Assembly: GCA_964635125.1 (NCBI GenBank)
Contig: CAZWMQ010000001.1
Location: 84,386-148,385, forward strand
Origin: an uncultured Candidatus Saccharibacteria bacterium
GTDB taxonomy: Bacteria; Patescibacteriota; Minisyncoccia; Phycocordibacterales; UBA5272
Reading direction: 5' to 3'
DNA length: 64,000 nt
Made by a program: the position numbers and the translations under genes
The notes under the pieces: model-generated
What the model was told of the DNA's origin: nothing
Database searches by the model: none
Seen by the model: only the letters and a program-made list of their open reading frames with translations
In this document: positions 58,193 through 64,000 of the stretch, piece by piece
Numbering within the stretch: the stretch's first letter is position 1
Layout: every line of letters begins with the position of its first letter

Positions 58193-59992
58193 ATGATTTT
58201 ATTAAATCTTTTAGTCTCTCAAAATGTCTTGAGTGAATTAGAGGCTCGAGCTATAGAAGAAGAAGCTAAAAACTCAACTTCACCGATTGATGAGATTTTA
58301 GCTGAGCATAATGTTTCAGATGCAGCTATTTTAACTGCTCGTAATGCTATTTACGGCATACCAGTTTATAGTGGGAGCAGAGATTTAGCTAACGAGACTT
58401 TGTATAATTTGTTTGATCAAGAAAAAGCAGAGAGGTATTTAGCCATTCCGTTAGGATTTAGAGATCTAGAAGAAGAGAATAATCCGGAAATAATTGCTAA
58501 AAGACAAGAGCTAAAAAAGGATAATGAATTTATTAAAAATAAAGACATCGTTGACGAAGTTTTGATAGGTATTGTTGATCCTGAAAGAAAAAATGTTCTA
58601 GATGCTTTACAATTTATATTAACTTCTGCTGGAGTTAGTTATAAAATATATCTGATTTCTTTTAATGAATTTAAACGAAGATTCGACGGATATTCTTCCG
58701 GACAAGTTAAGGCCGTTCCACAGTTTAATCGTAAAAGTGACGATAAGGATGACCCTAATCAGACTAATTTGATAGATATTACTGACGAAGACGACACATT
58801 GTTAGAATCTTTAACTGATTCAATGCCAATGGTAAAGATGGTTAATGTCATTTTAAAGAATGCTATTGTTAATTTAGCTTCTGATATTCATATAGAAGAT
58901 ATTGGTACTAATTTACGTATACGAACCAGAATAGATGGTATTTTAGCCACTCGTTTTATGATTCCAGTCTCTCGGCATGCTTCAATGGTAGCCAGGATTA
59001 AAATTCTCTGTAATTTAAAGTTAGACGAAAAAAGAAAGCCCCAAGATGGTAGATTCTCGGTTAAATATAATGGACATAAAGTTGACTTCCGTGTCTCGAC
59101 ATTACCAACTTATTATGGAGAAAAAGTAGTGATTCGTATTTTAGATAGTTATAGAGGGGTTAAGAAATTAGAAGAAATTGGTTTTTCAGATTCTCATTTA
59201 AAAAAGATTAGAGCAGCCATCGCTAGACCTTACGGCATGGTTTTAATCTCGGGACCAACTGGGTCTGGAAAATCAACCACACTTTATTCAATGATAAATG
59301 AGTTAGATAAAGAACATTTGAATATAGTTTCACTTGAGGACCCAATTGAATATAATATTCCCGGGATTAGTCAGTCTCAGATTTTCCCGGAGATTGGTTA
59401 TACTTTTGCGACTGGTTTAAGATCTATACTTAGACAAGATCCTAATGTAATCTTTGTTGGAGAGATTAGAGATGGAGAAACTGCCCAATTAGCTATTCAA
59501 GCAGCTTTGACTGGACACTTAGTTTTTTCTACTATCCACACTAATAATGCAATTGGAGTGGTTACTCGTCTTATGGATATGGGAGTTGATCCATATTTGA
59601 TCGCTCCAACTTTGAATTTAGCTATTGCTCAAAGACTGGCTAGAAAAATAGCCAAAGATGCTGGAGAAGAACTTAATGATCCAGGATTAAGATCAATTAT
59701 TCAAGAAAGTTTTAAAGATTTACCAGATGAATATAAGAAAGAATTACCTTTAGATAAGAATCCATATAAAGCAAATTCAACTGCAGCCAACCCTTCTGGG
59801 TTAAAAGGAAGAATAGCTGTATTTGAGATGTTAGAAGTTGATACTGATATTGAGAATTTGATTTTACACAAAGCCTCAGAAGAAGAGATTTGGAAAGCGG
59901 CTCGTAAAAAGGGTATGATCAATATAAATGAAGATGGAATGATAAAAAGTATTCAAGGCATTATTCCATTCACTGAGGCAGAGAGTGTTTAG
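58193..59992 (+). CDS. pilB: Type IV pilus assembly ATPase PilB (GspE family)
   Basis: GSPII_E N-domain, Walker A SGPTGSGKSTT, Asp box, Walker B, His box, tetra-Cys region absent. Confidence 0.9.
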   Translation: MILLNLLVSQNVLSELEARAIEEEAKNSTSPIDEILAEHNVSDAAILTARNAIYGIPVYSGSRDLANETLYNLFDQEKAERYLAIPLGFRDLEEENNPEIIAKRQELKKDNEFIKNKDIVDEVLIGIVDPERKNVLDALQFILTSAGVSYKIYLISFNEFKRRFDGYSSGQVKAVPQFNRKSDDKDDPNQTNLIDITDEDDTLLESLTDSMPMVKMVNVILKNAIVNLASDIHIEDIGTNLRIRTRIDGILATRFMIPVSRHASMVARIKILCNLKLDEKRKPQDGRFSVKYNGHKVDFRVSTLPTYYGEKVVIRILDSYRGVKKLEEIGFSDSHLKKIRAAIARPYGMVLISGPTGSGKSTTLYSMINELDKEHLNIVSLEDPIEYNIPGISQSQIFPEIGYTFATGLRSILRQDPNVIFVGEIRDGETAQLAIQAALTGHLVFSTIHTNNAIGVVTRLMDMGVDPYLIAPTLNLAIAQRLARKIAKDAGEELNDPGLRSIIQESFKDLPDEYKKELPLDKNPYKANSTAANPSGLKGRIAVFEMLEVDTDIENLILHKASEEEIWKAARKKGMININEDGMIKSIQGIIPFTEAESV

Positions 59993-60527
59993 ATTTTTAA
60001 ATATGAATTTGAATTTAATTTTTAAGAATAGAAAATATCGAGATATTTATTTTTTTTTGATCGTGTTTTTTAGTATTATTTATTTTATAATTAAAAATTA
60101 CTCTTCAGCAATTTCAGTTTTTAATTTTAAATTGTTCTCATTAAATGAAAAAATAGAATTATTTATACGATCAATTTTTAATATTGATAGTTTAAAAGAT
60201 CTTTGGATGTTAATCTTGATTATTTTATTTGTTTTAGCGATAGCATTATTTTTCACTTTAGCTATAGCTCTTTATAAGAATAGTAAACAATTAAGCGAAG
60301 GTAAAAGTATATTAAGTACTATATTTATATTTATTTCAATACTTGGTTTATCATGTGCCAGTTGTGGAATAGGACTACTCGCTTCACTATTATCATTATT
60401 TGGAGCAACTTATTTATTAAATTATTTCCCATTACATGGAGTAGAGATTGGTTATCTTGGAGTAATATTTTTAATGATTAGTAATTACTTTCTTTTAAAG
60501 AGAGTGAAAAGTCCATTTACTTGTTAG
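59985..60527 (+). CDS. Hypothetical polytopic membrane protein
   Basis: 180 aa, 4 TM helices. Confidence 0.35.
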   Translation: MFRFLNMNLNLIFKNRKYRDIYFFLIVFFSIIYFIIKNYSSAISVFNFKLFSLNEKIELFIRSIFNIDSLKDLWMLILIILFVLAIALFFTLAIALYKNSKQLSEGKSILSTIFIFISILGLSCASCGIGLLASLLSLFGATYLLNYFPLHGVEIGYLGVIFLMISNYFLLKRVKSPFTC

Positions 60528-60607
60528 ATTTATTTAGTTGAAAGTTTTATATTTTTAAATTGTTAAAAAGTGTTTTTTATGGTAAAATGCTTTTACCATT
60601 AAAGTTT

Positions 60608-60681
60608 GCGCGATTAGCTCAGCTGGCTAGAGCATTCGACTGATACTCGAAAGGTCCCTGGTTCGATCCCAGGATCGCGCA
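60608..60681 (+). tRNA. tRNA-Ile (anticodon GAU)
   Basis: Acceptor gcgcgat/atcgcgc+A, anticodon loop ctGATac, T-arm cctggttcgatcccagg. Confidence 0.85.
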
Positions 60682-60685
60682 CATA

Positions 60686-60724
60686 AGCAAAAATCCACCA
60701 ACTTAAGCTGGTGGATTTTTGCTA
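60686..60724. terminator. Bidirectional rho-independent terminator (aaaaatccaccaac..gctggtggattttt)
   Basis: 12-bp perfect stem flanked by A- and T-runs between tRNA-Ile and a convergent gene. Confidence 0.65.
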
Positions 60725-60733
60725 TGAAAATAT

Positions 60734-61402
60734 TTAGAATTGATTAGCAGTAATATTTGCCTCAATTTCAATTTCATCATTCACGGTAGTTCCAGGGAAT
60801 CCAGGCATTTTAATATTAAAAGCTTTACGACTTATTTTAGTTTTAAAATTAATAATTAAACCATTTTGAGTTTTAGTTAAAGTAAAAGGGAAGTTAATCT
60901 CATTACTTACTTTTGAAATAGTTAAAGTTCCAGTAGCATATAAAGTAAGTGGAGTGTTTAAAAGTAATTCTGGTAGATTTGAAACTGGATTTAAATTAAA
61001 AGTTATAAATTCATTTCCTGGAGTAGTGGATTTTAAAATAATACGATTAATAGACCCATCTCTATCTACACTATCAGTTTTAAAAGTTCTAGCATCAATA
61101 TTAATTGTGTTTGAAGCTACACTTAATTCATTTTTATTTTGGTCAATAGTTAAGTCAGCATAGATTTGATTATTTATTCCAGAGATAGTATGAAGACCAT
61201 CACTTTTATTTTCATTAATAGAGAATTTAATAGTTGAGCTTGCTTGGTTAAATCTATAATAGATATGATTAGCAGATTTCGAAATCTCTTTTTCTAAATT
61301 TTGTTTAGTTGCTTCAGTATTAACTTTAACTGGGCGAAGCATGTATTTTATAATTAGAATGCCTAATAAAGCTAATATAATCACTATAATGATAATTTTC
61401 AT
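60734..61402 (-). CDS. YceI-like family protein (membrane-anchored)
   Basis: 222 aa; N-terminal TM plus YceI-like beta-barrel sequence pattern. Confidence 0.5.
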   Translation of the reverse strand: MKIIIIVIILALLGILIIKYMLRPVKVNTEATKQNLEKEISKSANHIYYRFNQASSTIKFSINENKSDGLHTISGINNQIYADLTIDQNKNELSVASNTINIDARTFKTDSVDRDGSINRIILKSTTPGNEFITFNLNPVSNLPELLLNTPLTLYATGTLTISKVSNEINFPFTLTKTQNGLIINFKTKISRKAFNIKMPGFPGTTVNDEIEIEANITANQF

Positions 61403-61490
61403 ATATTTATTATTTAATTATAGCATTATTTTAAATTAATTTAAAATAAAAACCAAGCTTTACTTGGTTTAAATATTTTTCATAATTTAA

Positions 61491-61883
61491 TTATGGTCGT
61501 AGCTCCGTCTCCGGTTTAAGTTTTTGATACTCACCATGAAATCTTTTCTTTTTATGTAAGAAATCATAAAGAGTGTGAGAAATATTTTTCTTAATCCAGT
61601 CAAACATTTCTCTTGAAACAACCGGGAAACAAGTTATAACATTATCTAAGTAGAATATTATTTCTACTACTCCATCCCAGCTATGAGAATTAAGATAATC
61701 AGTTACTATTTTTTGGACATTTTCATTAGTCGTATATAGTAACCATCTCTCTTCTTCAAAGATCAGTTTGGAATAATAATTTCTGGAGAGTTTTTCTATC
61801 TTATTTTCCATACCTTTTTCCATAATATTTTCAATTACGACTATCTTTTTATTGTTTTCGGAGAAGTCTTTTTCAAAGTTCAT
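61491..61883 (-). CDS. Hypothetical protein
   Basis: 130 aa ORF; terminator hairpin at 61450-61472 downstream. Confidence 0.3.
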   Translation of the reverse strand: MNFEKDFSENNKKIVVIENIMEKGMENKIEKLSRNYYSKLIFEEERWLLYTTNENVQKIVTDYLNSHSWDGVVEIIFYLDNVITCFPVVSREMFDWIKKNISHTLYDFLHKKKRFHGEYQKLKPETELRP

Positions 61884-61989
61884 TTTAAAAATTTTTAAGG
61901 GTAAAAAAATTAATTTTAATAACTTTTTATATTATAACATTATTTTAATATTAAGTAAATATATGCTAAAATGTTTTTAAATTATAAAT

Positions 61990-62679
61990 ATGAGTAATTT
62001 TTATATTATTGGAACTCCAATTGGGAATTTAGAAGATATTACTTATCGAGCGGTGAGAGTTTTAAAAGAAGTTGATTTAATATTGTGCGAGAATGTCCTT
62101 GAGGCAAGTAAACTTTTGCGACATTTTGAGATTACAACTGCGACCACGAATTATTTTGCGAATTCTAAATTATCTAAGATCGATAAGGTAATTGATCTAT
62201 TAAAGAGTGGTAAAGATGTAGCTTTAATATCAGATGCTGGTATGCCAACTATTTCTGATCCGGGAAGTTTATTAATTAGTAAGCTTTATGAAGCTAAGGA
62301 TAAAGGTTTAGAAGTTGAGATTAAAGTTATCCCAGGACCTACGGCTTTGATTTCCGCACTTTCCTTATCAGGATTTACTGGGAATCAATTTACTTTTTTT
62401 GGATTTTTACCACAGAAAAAAGGGAGAAATAGTATTTTTATAGAGATGGCTAATAACGAGAGGATTTCTATTTTCTATGAATCAGTGCATCGAGTGATGA
62501 AATGTTTTGAGAGTTTAATGGAAGTTTTAGATAAAGATAGACAAGTAGTAGTGGCTCGAGAATTAACCAAGATGTTTGAAGAAGTGGTTCGTGGAAATAT
62601 TTTTGAAGTTTTAAATTATTTTAAAGATAATCCAGAGAAAGTTAGAGGGGAATTTGTAATTGTAATTGATAAGAAATAA
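61990..62679 (+). CDS. rsmI: 16S rRNA (cytidine1402-2'-O)-methyltransferase RsmI (tetrapyrrole-methylase fold)
   Basis: YIIGTPIGNLEDITYRA..L..VDLILCE N-terminal signature. Confidence 0.8.
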   Translation: MSNFYIIGTPIGNLEDITYRAVRVLKEVDLILCENVLEASKLLRHFEITTATTNYFANSKLSKIDKVIDLLKSGKDVALISDAGMPTISDPGSLLISKLYEAKDKGLEVEIKVIPGPTALISALSLSGFTGNQFTFFGFLPQKKGRNSIFIEMANNERISIFYESVHRVMKCFESLMEVLDKDRQVVVARELTKMFEEVVRGNIFEVLNYFKDNPEKVRGEFVIVIDKK

Positions 62680-62688
62680 TTTTAATTT

Positions 62689-62726
62689 TGAGTCTGTGGC
62701 GAAGGCTTCGGCTTCGCCACAGACCA
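62689..62726 (+). terminator. GC-rich hairpin terminator gtctgtggcgaaggcttcggcttcgccacagac
   Basis: 13-bp stem directly after the rsmI stop. Confidence 0.6.
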
Positions 62727-63107
62727 AATAAGAGAATTCACATAATTCTAAAAATTTGCTATAATTATAGATATGAGTAAAAGATTTTTTCAGAGACTTG
62801 TCTCTATATTGTTTATCGTTTTAATATTCTTTATTGATATACCTAATGTTTATAAAGATGTAATTATTGTCATATTCTCAGTCTTTTTGTTTCTTTCTAC
62901 TTTTGAAATTAGAAAGCAACGTAGAAATTAATTTTAAAATTATTAAGTTTGGCAACAGAAAAATTTTTTGTTATACTTGTACAAGTTACAAGTTTTCTGT
63001 GGTAGCTTGCGGCATGAGCGAAGCGAAAATGGAAAAAGCCAGTTGGGCCAACTGCTGGAGAAAAAATGTTGGTTGAGAGTAATCTTGTAAAATTTAAAAT
63101 AAAATAT

Positions 63108-63182
63108 TCCGTGGTAGCTCAGCGGTAGAGCAGTTGGCTGTTAACCAATTGGTCGCAGGTTCGATCCCTGCCCACGGAGCCA
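63108..63182 (+). tRNA. tRNA-Asn (anticodon GUU), CCA encoded
   Basis: Acceptor tccgtgg/ccacgga+G+CCA, anticodon loop ctGTTaa, T-arm gcaggttcgatccctgc. Confidence 0.85.
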
Positions 63183-63314
63183 AATATAGCAAAGAACCCT
63201 TTTTTTAAGGCAGTTTTAAAGTTTTTTTAAATATTTATATAAAGCAAATATTACGATAGCCTTTAAATAGTTAGAACTTTTAAAAATACTTTTCACCTCT
63301 AAAAACTTTTAAAA

Positions 63315-63842
63315 ATGCAAAAACAAAAGTACTTCATTTTCAAAGAAAGAAACAAGTATTATTTCAAGAATCTTAAAAATAATACATTGAGCAAGCCTTT
63401 TACTAATAAGGTTGATGCCATTAGTATTATAATGGGCTATTTAAATGAAAAAAAGATTTCAGTGAAAGGAGGGCTTGATCTTCTTTATAATATTACGGAG
63501 TTAAATGATTTACCTCTATGCTATAAGGCTGAAGGAATACAATTAATCATCGACGCTTATCATCTGGAATTAATTGTGAAAACTCAAAGGGATTTAGTAG
63601 AAACCCTTTCTAGAATTGAAGGAGAGAGCAATCTCCCTAAATTAAAAAAACAAGATGGAAGTGTTTCTATTATCGGAAAAGATTTCTACTCTACTTCCTT
63701 GTTCAGCAAAGAAAGAGCTCGGGAGGTTGTTGATATTTTATTTGGAAATGAGAAAATCAATAGATTTGAAAGGAAAAAATTATTATTACAAATCAATCGT
63801 TGTTTTTTACCAGAAAAGGAAGTCATTCCTGATTTGAATTAG
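63315..63842 (+). CDS. Hypothetical protein
   Basis: 175 aa ORF. Confidence 0.3.
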   Translation: MQKQKYFIFKERNKYYFKNLKNNTLSKPFTNKVDAISIIMGYLNEKKISVKGGLDLLYNITELNDLPLCYKAEGIQLIIDAYHLELIVKTQRDLVETLSRIEGESNLPKLKKQDGSVSIIGKDFYSTSLFSKERAREVVDILFGNEKINRFERKKLLLQINRCFLPEKEVIPDLN

Positions 63843-64000
63843 ATTATTCATAGCCACTTTTAATAATTTGAAAGCGGCTATTATTTTGTAGGTGATTAAG
63901 AGATTTGATTTTTTATTTTATTTATTTTCTTTTTCAGAATTATTCTATAAATTATAAAGAAGATTAAGATTAGACTAAAAATAATTAAAATACCTTGTCA

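Noticed and set aside
62867-63076. Protein-coding gene 62867..63076
   Set aside because: The Cys/Trp-rich translation has no coding periodicity and spans an intergenic region immediately upstream of tRNA-Asn, so it is more likely non-coding

Overview
This is an AT-rich (about 28-32% GC), gene-dense bacterial chromosome window. The gene content suggests a reduced-genome, Patescibacteria/CPR-like episymbiont-style organism: type IV pilus genes, ComFC, an N-terminally truncated ThrRS, a short EF-Ts, giant surface proteins and VirB2-like small pilins.

The key observation is the genetic code. In-frame TGA codons fall exactly at universally conserved Trp positions in GyrB (HHLI-W-EI, and NPDEL-W-ETTMDP), ThrRS (three sites) and PheT (MKFLHS-W-L). 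UGA therefore encodes Trp (translation table 4), not Gly (table 25) and not stop. Many entries in the supplied ORF track are fragments of single genes and were merged. TGG is still the commoner Trp codon here.

Housekeeping content:
- infC-rpmI-rplT
- ssrA (tmRNA) with smpB nearby
- DEAD-box helicase, ftsH, gyrA, gyrB
- glyS, pheST, thrS
- rpmG, rplY, rpsB-tsf
- htpX, lemA, rsmI
- tRNAs Thr(UGU), Ser(GGA), Ile(UAU), Ile(GAU) and Asn(GUU)

Accessory and unusual content:
1. A 6-kb gene (39324-45362) encodes a giant cell-surface protein of about 2012 aa with many UGA-Trp codons and a C-terminal SH3b domain. It sits in a roughly 6.7-kb segment bounded by 46-bp direct repeats of the htpX 3' end, which looks like an integration cassette.
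2. A low-GC type II restriction-modification module (TaqI-like gamma N6-adenine methyltransferase plus a candidate endonuclease) is wedged between gyrB and thrS.
3. Six or more paralogous VirB2/TrbC-like two-TM pilin-like small proteins cluster at 11.9-16.5 kb.
4. A conserved structured element of about 200 nt is found 3' of both ssrA and tRNA-Ser, each copy ending in a degenerate copy of the host gene's 3' end.
5. Two tRNA loci carry partial tRNA duplications that look like integration scars.
6. comFC is adjacent to a pilM-pilN-pilO-pilB cluster.
7. Two tandem ABC exporters lie next to a Tat-signal protein and an MliC-like lysozyme inhibitor.

No rRNA, CRISPR array or integrase/transposase gene is present in the window.
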